Assembly: GCF_000004825.1 (NCBI RefSeq)
Contig: NW_008805068.1
Coordinates: 1,925,471-1,989,470 of the forward strand
Origin: Heterostelium pallidum
Lineage: Eukaryota
Length of the DNA: 64,000 bases
Reading direction: 5' to 3'
Shown: positions 1 through 13,657 of the stretch, in pieces
How the letters are laid out: each line of letters opens with the position of its first letter
Numbering within the stretch: the first letter of the stretch is position 1
Program-made: the position numbers and the translations under genes
Notes under the pieces: generated by a model
The model's database searches: none
What the model saw: only the letters and a program-made list of their open reading frames with translations
What the model was told of the DNA's origin: nothing

Positions 1-1044
1 AAGATGAGGACGCCGGAAGTGATATCGATGAAGAATACCTACAAGAGGAACAACTAAAGTCATTCCTCCAGCCTTTTATTAAACAAATTTTAGAAACCAA
101 AGCTTCACACTCAATATTAAATCTGATTTCAGATTGTATAAAAGAATATATTACAGTAAAAACAATGTTATCAAAAGTAAGTTTATAAGTAAACAAATAG
201 ATATTTAATTAAATATCAATTTAGCTAATTCTTTTTTTTTTTTTTTTAGATTAAAATTATTTGCAAAGAAAATCAATTAGATTATATTTATCAAACACTT
301 GTACAAACATTTATTAAAGTAGATGGAGATGTTAAAATGGTCAATTTCTTGGTTGACTGTGGCGTAGAGGAGTCTGATTTGGAGTTTGTCAAAGACATCG
401 AACTCACTCAGAACAATATGGAAGTTGTAAAGAAGAAGCGTGAGAGAAAGAGAGAGAGTATCAGCAGAGGTCTGAGATCGCCACCCAACAAGTGGACAAA
501 GGAAGAATCACAGAATCTCATTCGTTTGGTTACAGAGAATGGAGACAAACAATGGAAGAAGATTGCTTCGAAGCTGGGCGGCGGAAAAACCGGTGCTCAA
601 TGCGCACAACACTGGAAGCGTGTGCTCAGTCCGGAGATCAAGAAGGGCTCGTGGGACGAAGACGAAGAGCTCCTGCTGTTCCAGTTGGTCGACAAGCACG
701 GTCAGAGCTGGAAGAACGTCGCCATGGAAATTAAGACACGTACTGACATCCAGTGTCGCTACCAATACTTCAAGGCGACCACTTCGCGTCAGACACCGTG
801 GTCCACCACCGAGTTGGAGCTTCTCACCAAAAAGATCGACCAAATCCTATCACACAGCTATGAGGTGACCTCATTCCAGCAGGTCGCCAAACATCTGGCA
901 CGTGCCAAAACCACGAAAATTCCACGTACCGCATTGGAATGCAAAATGAAATGGAACGAAATCTGTTCGTTCTACCAACAACAGAATCGTCATATTCCAC
1001 AACAACAAATCATTCCATTGTACAGATCTGATCAAAATTTTTGA
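1..1044 (+). CDS. Myb/SANT-repeat DNA-binding protein, 3' portion (5' end lies outside the window). Exons 3..176 and 250..1044, intron 177..249.
   Basis: Frame 3 is open from nt 3 to a GTAAGT donor at 177. A T-rich tract ends in ..tttag at 248-249, and the exon resumes at 250 in frame with ORF 337..1044. The translation carries tandem Myb repeats (W..EE...L..LV...G.K.W..IA..L. G.KTGAQCAQHWKRVL ; WDEDEELLLFQLVDKHGQSWKNVA). Stop TGA at 1042-1044. Confidence 0.75.
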
Positions 1045-1563
1045 ATCAAATAAAACAAAAAAAAAAAAAAAAGAAAAACTATCCAATGTTCATGAATTTC
1101 TTACCAGATAAATATATTACATTATTTGTTTACCACTACTTTTTTATTCTATTTCTTCAATAGTTAAAAATAGTAATATTATTGGTATTATTTAATTATT
1201 TTCTAATATATTAATTAGATTTCTTATTTGTATAAAACTTCAATAAATATTTGTAAATTGTTGGAAAACTTAAAGGTGTTGTGTGAAAAAATACAAAGAA
1301 TGAAAATAGACACTACACTTTACAAACATTCAAAAATTCCCGCCTAACTTAACCATTTTTAAACTTATTTATCAAATTTTGATCATTTTTTTTTTTTTTT
1401 TTTTTAGAAACACGTAATTTTTTTTTTTTAAACTTTTTTGTGATCATCAAACCAATCTGGGATTCAGTTTTGGGTGTTTAAAGTTAAATTTGATTTGGTT
1501 TGATGTTTATAAGGTTGTAAATGATTTAATCAATCATTCAATTTTAGTAATATACAAACAACA

Positions 1564-4431
1564 ATGAATAACATTCCAATGTCAATGTCACAATTGAATG
1601 CATCTTCATTGTATAGTCAACATCAACAGCAACAATATCAACAACAATATTACCAACAATCACAACAACAACAGCAACCACAACAACAGTATTACCAACA
1701 ATCACAACAACAAGTATATGGAGATGAATCAACATCTACTACTCCAAATACATCATCTAGATATTACTATAATGTAACACCATCGCCTGCCACACCATTG
1801 TCGGCAGTCGGTAGTCTAGTTATTCCGAGAAGTGTCATCACACCAACTTCACCTTCACCTTCATTGCCACTTCCACAACCACATTCAACAACAACAACAA
1901 CCAACTTTGGTAATAGTAGTTTAGGAAGTGGTGAATCGCCAATGATGATGATCGATCAACAACCTTATCACATGATTGACCCAACAACTTCACAACACCA
2001 CCAACAATATCAATTCCAACAAACAACACAACCATTGAATAAACAATCGACAGCTGCAACCACATCGGTCAGTAACAACCTGGCGTCATTCTCCAAGGAG
2101 CAGGAATGGCAGTACATCTTTAAGAATGCGGTGAGTATGATCGACGAAAGCATCGCCAATCTCGACACTCTGGTCGACCCTACAAAGACACTCGATAGTA
2201 CACCGATCACCGGTTACAACTACTTTGAATCTGCTAATCCCGTGTGGAGTACACTTCTGCTCGAGAAACACATTCAATTCCCACAAGAGATTACACAGCG
2301 ATACCTGACGGCCAACACCAAGACACTGCAAGGCATCTTCCCAGAGATAGGAAAGGCTTGGATCTCCATCGATCAGACACTCTTCCTCTGGGACTATCGC
2401 GACGGTATCAACGGTGGTGAACTCATCACCAATCATCTCTCACAGATTATCACCGCATGCGGTCTAGTCGTACCACGTCGCAACGTCTTCAAAGACACCG
2501 TTAAATATCTACTAGTCGTTTCCACACACGTAGAGATCTTCCTCTTTGCATTATCATTTCAAAACAATGATGAACAAAAAGTTGAATTAATAACAAGTAA
2601 CTATCTATCTATCTATCTAATATTTTAATTACAAATTACTAATCATCATTCTATTATTATTATTGTTATTATTATTTTAGCACCACTTGTTATTCCAACA
2701 GATTCTGTTATTATCAATGATATAGTTGGTACAGATGAAGGTAGAATCTTTGTAGGTGGTCAAGATGGTAATTTATATGAGATTGTTTATAACGATGGTC
2801 AATCATCGTGGTTTAGAACCAGTAAGATCAGTAAGATCAATCATACCACATCGATTTGGAACTCTATCTGGGCAAGTAAGAAAGCAGAGATCATTCAAAT
2901 CCTCTATGACTCTCAAAGAAGAATGATCTTTACTTTGGATAAGAATTCTGTTATCAATGTAAGTAAAGTTTAACAATTTTATTATAAACAATCTAGATTT
3001 AACTAACACAACATTAATATATAAATCTAAATAATAATAATAACAGAGATATTATCTAGGTGCAACAAATAAGAATGCATTGATACATGAACAACCTCTA
3101 ACACCACTTGCAAGATACAACACTGAATCAAGACTATCGATCATCTCTATCAATCTATCATCACAAGTCGACTATCAACTAATTGCAATCTGTTCGAATG
3201 GTGTTCGTTTATATATATCACAAGTAAGTTTAAAATATATTGTTACAATTAGTTTTAGTTTTTAGTTATCGTTATATTTACTTATGTTATGTACGTTATC
3301 TTTTTTTAGAATTCTGGTCATCTTAAATATGCTAGAAAACCACCTATTACAGGTACAGAACCACACTACTCATTCTATTGTAATGGTGTGTATTTCGTTG
3401 CGATTGAATCGAGTGAGTTGATGGATAAACTCATTGGTACCACTCCGTTCTCGAGAAAGATGATCAAACGTTTGTACGAGGCAGACAATCAAGGATTCAT
3501 AACAAGCTCCAATGAAGATCCACTCGAGGAACGACCGAATCAAATCAATATCAAAGGCAGAGTGAACGTCATCAAAGAGGACATTGTCAACGTTGCCACC
3601 GGAACATCATCTACATCGTCGATCGTCTTTTACAAGGAATTCAAATACGAACACGCTACCATCCCAAGAAGATTCCTTTGTCTCAACTCACTAGGTCTTC
3701 ATATCATTACAAAACTACGTTACGTCGATCTATTGCGTAATCTTCTATCACTTGGTAATCTAATTGATATAGATGTAAGTTATCAATGGATCTAATTCTA
3801 ATTCTAATTCTTATCTAATATATATTCTAATCATTGTTTGTTGTTTGTTTGTTTGTTTTTAGACATTCTATAATGAATTTGGTGCAATCTATTCGAATTC
3901 ATTGTGTATTGCGATATGTTGTGAGACACCACAGAGTGCACCGTTGTTGACAGAGCAATTCTACGGTGCTTTGAGTGCACCCAAGTCGGCATCACAGAGA
4001 TTGGTCGATCTTGCGATGACCCAATTTAAAAGACGTGCTGGCAAACCATCATATTTGCAGGCGAAAGCTATCTTCTCACAGGATATGGGTACCAGTGTCA
4101 ATCAATCAGAGATTGTCTATTCGAATGCGCACAACGCTGTCGTTGCCTACATCAGTCGTGTGCTCTCACCGATCTGGTCAGAGGTATTGATCGATGCCAG
4201 CAACTCACACTGTCCATGGTCCGCAATCCAACTGAAAACCATTCAATCGCACCTCGTCAACCTCTTGTTGTTCTTGGAGAACTCGAATCTTGTACAAAAG
4301 AACGAATCTGACATTCCAATCTCAAAGAAACCAATCAATGAACAATCAACTGATGAAGATGCATTAAAGGTAAGTAGTTACAATTAACAAAACAAAATAA
4401 TCATTTAGTTACTAACTTATTATTCTATTCT

Positions 4432-4488
<57 letters not shown>

Positions 4489-6866
4489 TTATACAGAATG
4501 AAAAGAGAAATCTATTGGGTATTAAGAAATTAATTCAAAAGTCATTACAAGTCATCAATTTATTCTTGATTCTCTTACAATTTAACTTTCAACAAATCTT
4601 TGAAGGAATGGAAGGGTATGTTTTATAAAACAATCAACAACAATATAGTTAGCTATTTATTTGTTCATATTATTAATATACTTATTATCATTTACAACTA
4701 ACTATTTAGTTTGAGTCATGACGATAAACAAAAGATGTATCAATTTAAATTTAAAGACTATGTTCAAAATCAAACAGATTTGTCACCATCAAAGAATGTA
4801 CCTTCATTATTGATTGTATCTTGTATGAAGTTATTGAATTCATTGAATATTCAAGTAAGTTGTAAAAAAGTATTTAGTTAACCATTAAAATATAATATAA
4901 TATTAATAATAGTTTTTACTTGTAGATTGATAATGTAACTAGACAATTAGAATATGAATGTCCAGATATATTTAAAAAGACTGATAAACAATTGATTGTT
5001 GCCAAAGACAAGTTGAAGAATGCAATCAGAGATGGAAAGAGTCATTATACCGATCAGCTGGTGAAGGATGCACTTATGATTCTCGATGAGATCTCACCAA
5101 AGTTTGATCTCAATGAGATCATTGGATATCTTGTTGCCATCCAGTACTTTGAGTATATAGTGCCATTGGCATTGACATATGCCTCGAGACTAGATCCCAA
5201 CAACCTCACACAAAACCAAAACAACAAGCAATCGTCCGATCCATCAAAGGCCAACGAAGCAAAGGAGAAAGAAGAACTCAAAAAGAAAGCTCTCTTTGAA
5301 ATCTTCAAGGTCATCGATTTAATTATCAATGATCAAGATGATTTCGCATCAAAGGAATTCATTGATTATGTTAGTATAGATAATATTTGATAATCATTAA
5401 TTATCAATATATATTAATTTGTTTATCTTTTTTTCTTTCTTTCTTTTCTTTTCTTTTTATTTTAGATGATCAATCAAATACTAGCAAGTAATGATAGAAT
5501 CTGTCATGAAATGTTATATAGTTGGTTGTTAACAAATAATTTAGTTGATAAACTATTTGATGTAAGTTTGATTGTGATTTGCTTTTTATTAAAAGATTGA
5601 CCAATATTAATACCTAAACAACTATTATATATTTAGATTAAATCACCATATATTACAGAGTTTTTATATGAAAACGATATTGAACTTTGTTGGAAGCAAT
5701 TGGCAAAGAATTCACAGTTTGAAGATGCCGCCAAGATTTTAATTGAAATTGCAGAAAAGTATGTTGAAATGAAATCAATTTAATATTTATTTAATGACTA
5801 AAATAACTAATCAATAATAATTATTATCATTCAAAAAAAATAGATCAAAATTATTAGATAAAATTAAATGTTATACCAATTGTGCTTTGGTATTAAGTGA
5901 ATTAAAAGAAAATGAAATCTATTTATTTGCAAAGAGACAGCTTGTTGTAAGTTTGAAACAATTATCAAAACTACTTGGTTGATTATAAATACTAATCACC
6001 CGCCCTTTATTATCTTTATTTAGTTTTGTCAAATTCAGAAAAAGATTGTAAATCAGCTTTCTAATCTTTTGGAAAATAACTCTGTCGCTCCAGAACAAAA
6101 GAAGGAAATTAAACAAAGTTTAGATAATTTAAATGATAATATATATGATATTACAACTGTAAGTATTTTTTATAAACATTTCATCAGAAATCATAGTAGT
6201 TTATTAATATATATATCGTTTTGTTGAAAATAATAATTATAGCTGTTTACTGAGTATGCTAGAAAATATTTATTACATGAGGAAATGTTGTATTTGGTTC
6301 ATATTGGTAATCATGATGACCAACAGTTTGTAAAACTGCTCTGGAAGATCATCATTGAGAAGGAAGCACAAGAGCGTTACAGCGATGTCAATCAGCTGGT
6401 GGAGGCGTTGAAGACAAAGATCGTCAATATTGGCTACGATCTCTATCCAAATGATAGTACTTTCCCGTTGCAATCGATCGTCAATATCGCTGAGAAGACA
6501 GTGTTTGTCTATGGCGAACAGACACAGACCTCGGTGGACGACGCACTCTGGCTGATCCGTCCGTTGCACGACCAGGTCAAGATCGACTATTGGACACTGC
6601 TCGATCAGTACCGTGAGATCATCGAGGATCAAAACACATCGATCGAATCGAACGAACCTACATGGCGAACAAACACCGAGCGTGACTATCTCATTTCCAT
6701 CTTTATCACTCTGATCGAGACCATGTTGAAGTTATTCCCACCACAATCTGTTGAGCGACATGTCTTTAACACCAAGAGAATCAACTACACACTCCGACAA
6801 CTAAAAGATAAAGTATCTTCACAATTAAAATCAAGAATTGATAATTTAATAAAAATTCTAAATTAA
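1564..6866 (+). CDS. nup155: Nucleoporin Nup155/Nup170 family (13 exons).
   Basis: N-terminal poly-Q, then motifs matching human NUP155, for example IFPEIGKAWISIDQTLFLWDY versus [21 protein letters not shown]. Other matches are TDEGRIFVGGQDGNLYEIVY, AICSNGVRLYIS, and the C-terminal LLWKIIIEKE versus LWQDIIEKEL. Exons traced with GT/AG: 1564-2596, 2681-2958, 3047-3223, 3310-3774, 3863-4369, 4497-4615, 4710-4854, 4926-5369, 5466-5561, 5661-5758, 5844-5946, 6024-6158, 6243-6866. Phases are consistent throughout. A few acceptors have alternatives within 2-6 nt. Confidence 0.8.
4434..4487. repeat. (AAT)n microsatellite of about 18 units inside a Nup155 intron.
   Basis: Direct reading: ataataataata... 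uninterrupted. Confidence 0.9.
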
Positions 6867-7103
6867 TATACTTTTGAAACAAAAATAATATGTTAGTAAC
6901 GAGTAACATACACAAAGCTTACTTTCAAATAAATAAAAATTGAAAAGACAACATTTTACTTAAGTAAAAATAAAATTATTTTAAAAAAGAAACAGGAGAT
7001 GCACCAGTGTTATTTTACAACTATCAAAGAAATATACTGTCAGCTATTATGGTTGATATTTATTGTTATTTTTTTGGTAATGGAGAACCAAATTGATTAT
7101 TTT

Positions 7104-8172
7104 TTAGATTCTAAGTTCAACAAAGATGGAATCTTGTGATTTATAAGATGGTTTTAGTAGATACAAAGAAATTAAGGAAGTCAACATTAAATGAAAACGT
7201 CCAACGATTTTGTAGAATTCTTCTTCATCCTCTTTGTTTTGAAGAGTTGGAATGAATTTTTGAATTATCAGGTTTTCATGAATAAAATATTGTTCAAAAC
7301 AATTATCCAATTCTTTATCCATGAAATCAAAACATTCTTTATCAGACCAATTGTTTTGTGTTTTCATAAAATAGAAACTATTCATTCTTACATCTTTTTC
7401 TCTAAGTTCCTTTTCATAAGAGAATATATCATTGTAAAGAGCAGCGAATTTTCCTGTATAATCCGATAAACTTTTCCAAAGTGGGTCAAGAAGAATATCA
7501 GGGTTTAATCTTTTCATGGTGAATATTACACCTAAATAAAAACCTGGTTCTATTCCAATATTGTGTCTTCTAATATTATAATATAAATTCATACTCATAT
7601 CACCTTCCAATTTCTAAAAAAAACAAAAAACAAAAACAATATCTATCCATTAGTAAATTGATATATAAAGTTAAACAAATAAAATAAATACCTTCATACA
7701 CTGCCACGGAATTAAATTGTCAAAATAATCAATGAAGGCAATTTCTGAAAAGATTCATCAATGGGTGTTGATCTCCAATTCTGATTTCTAGATTCTGATG
7801 AATATCAAACAAATTTCTTTCAAGAGGTGTTGGATCATCTTCAAGTTTACCCAATTTAAATATATTGATTGCTCTATTGATTATTTTAATTCCATATTCT
7901 GGTTCATTACTATCAATAAGGTCATCAAAAATCTGAGCGAAAATACAGAATTGAGTACCTAGTACAATAGCTTGATTATCGGCTAAAGACCATATGTTTC
8001 TTGCGAAAAATGAGGCTCCTTTAAATGCTGGTCTATATTTTTCACGATTTTCATCATTTATGATTCCAAATTTTTCCATTTTTTCAAATACTATTTCCAT
8101 AGGATCATATGGATTCATTGGTAAACTCCAACCCTTTGGAATTTTATCTATTAGTTTCTGTAATGACAACAT
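7104..8172 (-). CDS. Microbial-type class I terpene synthase. Two exons, 8172-7692 and 7613-7104, with an apparent +1/-1 frame problem at 7745-7751.
   Basis: Minus-strand translation contains the DDxxD motif (AQIFDDLIDSNEPEY) and the NSE/DTE motif (YNDIFSYEKE) at the expected spacing. There is an AT-rich 78-nt intron 7614-7691 (gtattt...ttttag). The upstream ORF (frame A) ends at TGA 7729-7731. The only frame that reaches the GTATTT donor at 7691 (frame B, ..SEIAFIDYFDNLIPWQCMK) opens at 7745. Joining them needs a 1-nt change in the tttt run 7748-7751, or an atypical 105-nt intron. Confidence 0.7.
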
Positions 8173-9189
8173 CTAGAATTCTTATTTATTATTGGTTTGT
8201 TTCTGAACTGAAAAAAATACTTCTATTTATACTCTTTGAATAGTGAAAAATCTTTTTTTATTCTATGGAAATGTTACACAACTCAAAAAGCTGCATCTTC
8301 CTGTAATTGAAAAATGAAATCCAAATTAAAAATTTAAATCTAATGTCAATTATAACAATTTAACAATATTTGAAAAAAAAAAAATTAAATTATTTAGAGC
8401 AAATTAACCTGTTACACCTATTAAAGAATGTAATACTCATTACTATCTCCACCATATTAAATATATCTCAAGGTAATCTTGATCAGGAGTTCCACCTAAG
8501 TGTTTTGAAATTATTAATTAAGAATAAAGTAAAATTATCTCCGAGATAAACTGTTTTTAATAAATATTACTATTATTTAATCATTCAATACAATTCGATC
8601 TGATAATATATTAAGTGGTTTTTTTTTCAAAAAAAACATAAAATATTAAATAGAAGAATCTTCCAATTTTTACTTTTTAAACTTCTTTGTATTAAAAATA
8701 ACACCTTAAGGACATTAATGTCCTTAATTATTATAAATTAATTTTGTCATTCATGAATCTAAGTGGGTGTTTTGATTTAGTTCTATGAAAATTGTCATGC
8801 TTTGGTAATTTTAGTTAATAATTACAAAATTTTTATTTATTTAATTATGTTTAATGAGAAATTAAATACTTAAAGTTATTTATTTAAATATTTTTAATTA
8901 AATCATGCTTCAGTCAGCAATATTTTCAAAATTTTCTATTCAATTGAATTTCAAAATAATCCTATTCATGAATTTTTTTTTTAATATTATGAAATATTTC
9001 ATTTTATAAAATTTTTTTTTATTCTCAAAATGCACACAAAAGCTATGCAAAATTTTTTGGGGGATACACAAATTAGTGCATATAAGTCACAATTCAAAAT
9101 TTTATTTATTTATTATTATTACATCCTGTTGCACTAAAGAATTCAACACTTCTCCCAAAGTTATGGTACATATTAGTTAAATATGCAAT

Positions 9190-10452
9190 AACCTTCCACA
9201 AATTTGTGACTAATTTCCTTTTGATGTGTTAGGCCTTTTTTAAGAACTATAATATCTGATAGTATTCTCCACTTCTTCATTGTAGCGAATACATTCTCGA
9301 TTATTATTCTTACTTTTTTTATTTTGTTATCCTCTTCTTTATCTTAATGTATTTTTCTTTATTAAATCCACCATCTTTATCGCATTTCTTCTGTAGAGTT
9401 ACTAACTCTTTAGAAGGTTTAGAAACATCTTGCCCCTTTTTAAATCTTTTTTCTTTTTTTAAGAATCTACTTACACTCAGACAATACTTTAACAAAGTAT
9501 TGGATCAATTATCGGACTATTGCACAGGTTATTTTCAAGACGTTGTGGATCATAATGAGTTGGAAGAAGGAAGTGTGACAAGTAGATTACTTTTGTATGC
9601 TAAGTTGCATGTCAGGTTACTTCAAATCGAAGAGAGATCAATGGATGGTTTGGGGTGAAATTCATTTGGTTTTGAATCATTTCGGCTACATTTCAGGTAA
9701 TTGGATGTTTGCTTCCTATTGCAACCTTGGCATATTCTATTCGTCTCACCGAGAGTAATCGGGACATTCTGTTCCAAGACGGGATATGATTTCTTGAGGA
9801 AATTAATGGACTCTTCATTGTGACAATGAGCTGCCCGGCAATAAACTATCTTTTCATCGCATATGGACACTAAAACCTTGAGCATTAGAGTGGAGTCTGG
9901 TGATTGACAAACTGCGTTTCCACCTTGAACTATATTTCCGGTTATCACATCTCTATTAAAACACTTTAACCTTGAATTTGCATCGTTGTCTAAGATTTTC
10001 TTTATATTTATCCTGTTCATTTCTTCTTTGTTCAGATCGGATTTTGATTGATTTGATTTGGGTGTTGAAGTTGTAGTTGTGGTTGAGGTTGTTGAAGTTT
10101 TTCGAGTTGCAGCTGGAACTGTTAATTGTTGTGCAAAATATTGATTTTGATTGCTGTTTAATAGTTGTAAGAGGCGAGCTATTTATGTTGATCTTTATCA
10201 CGCAACTGTTGATCTTTATCCTGGATTTGCTTATAACACTCGTCTAGCTTTGACTTAAATTCATTGCTAAAATTTGAAATTACATTTCGAGAATCGTTTA
10301 CACCCCTATTCAAATGATCAATTTCACCGAGTGGTCCATTGATGATCACATAATTAACTTTTCGGAAGAGTACTGATTATTCTTTCTTTAATCAATTTCA
10401 TAGGATCTTCAATGCTTTCAGAAGTATGACTAGGTTCAACTTGTAAGCTCAT
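9190..10452 (-). mobile_element. Degenerate Harbinger/PIF-type DDE transposase remnant (pseudogene with frameshifts and stops).
   Basis: Minus-strand fragments: MSLQVEP... at 10452. A central block ..DEKIVYCRAAHCHNEESINFLKKSYPVLEQNVPITLGETNRI.. resembles DDE_Tnp_4 (..GS.HDSRVF..S.L ... LLGDSGYPL). A C-terminal block IIENVFATMKKWRILSDII matches the conserved ..IE.AFG.LK.RWRIL motif. These blocks lie in different frames, separated by stops. No terminal inverted repeats (TIRs) identified. Confidence 0.5.
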
Positions 10453-11133
10453 TTGTATAATATTTATAAAGGTAAATATAACAAAAAAAAAAGAAAACGC
10501 ATAGAACTTGTCAATTGACTTTATATATCATCTCTCTTCGTGTATTTTCTATCCTGGATGAGAATGTGTAGAAAAGTCATGGATATTTCAGTGAACACTC
10601 ATAGATCAGCCTTTTCATAAATGGATAGTTGATAGAAAATAATCTTAGTGTAATTTTAATTAATTATCTAATAATAAAAATACATCTTGTGAATAGATAA
10701 CAATATGATCTTGATTTGAAATTGAACATTTGCTGACAGGTGATTGTTTTGGCTGTGAAATGGTACGAACGTATTCACCAATTCTTAAGAAATCATTTGA
10801 ATTGCCTTAAAATATAAAATCAAATTTTATATTATAAATTGTTATTGTTTATTTGATTCTCTGTTTCAAAAAATTGAAAGAAACTTAATTATCAGATATC
10901 ATCCTGTAGGGAATAGATATTGACTAGGGACTCCATTGATTAAACTACTTCTTCTATCAAAATTTTATCTCTTTATTTTGTTCTATTAAAATCAAACAAT
11001 ATAAGTTTATCTCTTCAAAATCTTTGAAAAAAAAAAATTTGTGAAATAAACAAAAAATCTTAATCATTCAGTCATTACCTTATTTTCTTTAGCAATTAAT
11101 TATTTGATTAGATCAGATTAGTTTTGCATAAAT

Positions 11134-12665
11134 ATGAATGATAATATAAATAATAATATAGAATTAAATAATGTAAATAGTAATAGTAATACAGATATAA
11201 CAAGTAGTAATGGAACAGAAAGGAAATATAGAATTGCTATGATATCAGATTTCTTTTATCCTAATATGGGAGGTGTAGAAGAACATCTCTATCAGTTATC
11301 ACAATGTCTTATAAAGAGAGGAAATAAAGTTATCATTATAACACACAACTATGGTAATAGATTCGGTGTTAGATATGTAACGAACGGTCTTAAAGTTTAT
11401 TATATACCACAGGCACCATTCTACAATCAATCTTCATTCCCAACACTCTATTTTACATTCCCTCTATTCCGTCAGATTCTATTACGTGAACGTATAGATA
11501 TAGTACATTGTCATCAAGTAAGTAACAAGTTATTGAAAAAATACATGTATAATTTTAATTCTAATATTCATTTTGTTATTGATGTTTTTAATATTAGGCA
11601 TTTTCAACATTAGCACATGAAAGTATATTGCATGCAAGAACAATGGGATATAATACATGTTTTACAGATCATTCATTGTTTGGATTTGCAGATGCATCAT
11701 CGATTCACATGAACAAGTTATTAAAGTTCTCTCTCTCTGATATATCTCATGTTATTTGTGTATCAAATACCAGTAAAGAAAACACTGTATTACGTGCACA
11801 ACTAGATCCTCATCTCGTATCTGTCATACCAAATGCTGTAGATACAACTCAATTTACACCAGATCCTTCCAAGAGAGATCCAAACAAAAGTACTATATTA
11901 AAATCACTAGATTTTACCTCTACTTCTATTAACACTTTAACTTATCAATCATTAAATAATCATATAGTAACTATTGTAATTATGAGTAGACTTGTATATA
12001 GAAAAGGTATAGATTTAATCATAGATATCATTCCGAATATCTGTAAGAAGTTCCCGAATGCTCATTTTGTGATTGGTGGTGACGGTCCGAAGCGTGTCTC
12101 ACTCGAAGAGATGAGAGAGAAGCATCAGCTACACGATCGAGTAGAGCTGCTCGGTAGTGTCAAACACTCGAATGTACGCAATGTGTTGGTGCGTGGCGAC
12201 GTCTTTCTCAATTCCTCACTGACAGAGGCATTCTGTATTGCCATCGTCGAAGCAGCGAGTTGCGGTCTATACGTGGTCAGTACGAAAGTCGGTGGTGTAC
12301 CCGAGGTGTTACCACCACACATGATATCGCTGGCGCAACCGAAATCCGAGGATCTCGAAGAGAAACTCACCAATGCCATTCTGCAGTTGAAACACACACC
12401 GTTGGAGACTCACGAAGAAGTGAAATCGATGTACGATTGGAACGACGTAGCGAAACGAACTGAGGCAGTCTACGAAGTCATCTCAAAGGCACCGAAAGTT
12501 CCGTTCATCGAGAGACTCAGACGTTTCGTTGGATGTGGTCTGTGGGCAGGAAAATTAAATTGTATGGTGGTGGCACTCGACAATCTGCTATGGCGGTGGC
12601 TTGAATGGTATATGCCAAGAGAAGATATAGATGAAGCTTTCGATTATCCCTATCAAGCGGAATAA
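11134..12665 (+). CDS. pigA: Phosphatidylinositol N-acetylglucosaminyltransferase subunit A (PIG-A, GPI anchor biosynthesis step 1). Exons 11134-11517 and 11598-12665.
   Basis: Near-colinear identity to human PIGA: [24 protein letters not shown], then HCHQ|[64 protein letters not shown]. Intron 11518-11597 (gtaagt...attag). Confidence 0.9.
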
Positions 12666-12985
12666 ATAAATAAATGATTTTTCAGTTATAACTTTATGTA
12701 ATTTTGGTTTATTTGAATGATCACTCACTAAATACTCAAAATAGAACAATACAACTATTGATTGTTTTTGAAGCTTTGACTTTAAATTGACCATTTTTAT
12801 TGTTTCACGACAAAATTTTCTTTGAAACCAAGAAAATTTGTGTGATGAACAAACAGCATCGCTTTCAAAAAAATGTGAAGATATTAATTAATTAAAAATA
12901 ATATATATTATTTAAAATCACCACCTTTTTTTTTCAATCATTTATTCATAGTTTATTTTTTATCCAATACAATCAAACAAATAAA

Positions 12986-13657
12986 ATGTCAGAAGTATAT
13001 CAAGAAGAGAGAGAATTAGACAGACTATATTCATTGTTCTGTAGCGCAGATAAGAATCACAGCAATAACTTGGATCTAAATGGTATAGTTTCAAAACTAT
13101 TTAATTGTTTTTAATATATAGAGAGAGAGTTTATTTATTCCTACCTTCATCTATATAGAGTTCATCCAGCTTTACAAAGATAAATTAGGATTCTCTGAAT
13201 CAACCATGAAGAGTATGTTCAACGCCTGTGATGCTGATAAGGTAAGAGTCAGACTTTAGTTATCAAAAAAAAAAAAAAATTGTTTATTAAATGAATTATT
13301 CATATTGTTTATTATATAATATATGATCAGGATGGTAAAATTGATATAAGAGAGTTTGCTTCATTAATCAGTATCTGTGCAAGTGGTAGCTTAGAACAAA
13401 AGTTAGCATTCCTCTTTGCCATTTTCGATGATGATCAAAACGGACAGCTCGATATCGATGAACTCAATAACATTTGTTCGAGCATTATCAACATTGGCAA
13501 ACACGGTGGTAAATCAGACACAGAGATTCACGAATGTATTTCGCAACTTAAACAAGCCGATATCAATGGTGATGGAAAGGTTTCCATCGATGAATGGATC
13601 ATTTTCGGAACAAAGAATCCAATCATTCTTTCTTTACTCAGCGGTGTCCACAAATAA
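12986..13657 (+). CDS. Small EF-hand calcium-binding protein (calcineurin-B/NCS-like fold, about 168 aa). Exons 12986-13082, 13159-13241 and 13331-13657.
   Basis: EF-hand loops DADKDGKIDIREF, DDDQNGQLDIDEL and DINGDGKVSIDEW. Introns with gtatag and gtaaga donors, phases 1 and 0. Stop TAA 13655-13657. Confidence 0.7.

Noticed and set aside
492-1086. Several overlapping ORFs (492..734+, 508..843-, 539..868+, 871..1086-) inside or antisense to the Myb CDS.
   Set aside because: Alternate-frame or antisense ORFs within a well-supported CDS. They have no motifs and are typical of GC-richer coding sequence.
7745-7853. Treating 7745-7853 as a genuine intron of the terpene synthase.
   Set aside because: It is not excluded, but its composition (about 33% GC) is exon-like, unlike every other intron in the window (about 10-20% GC). 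I kept it as an alternative in the finding.
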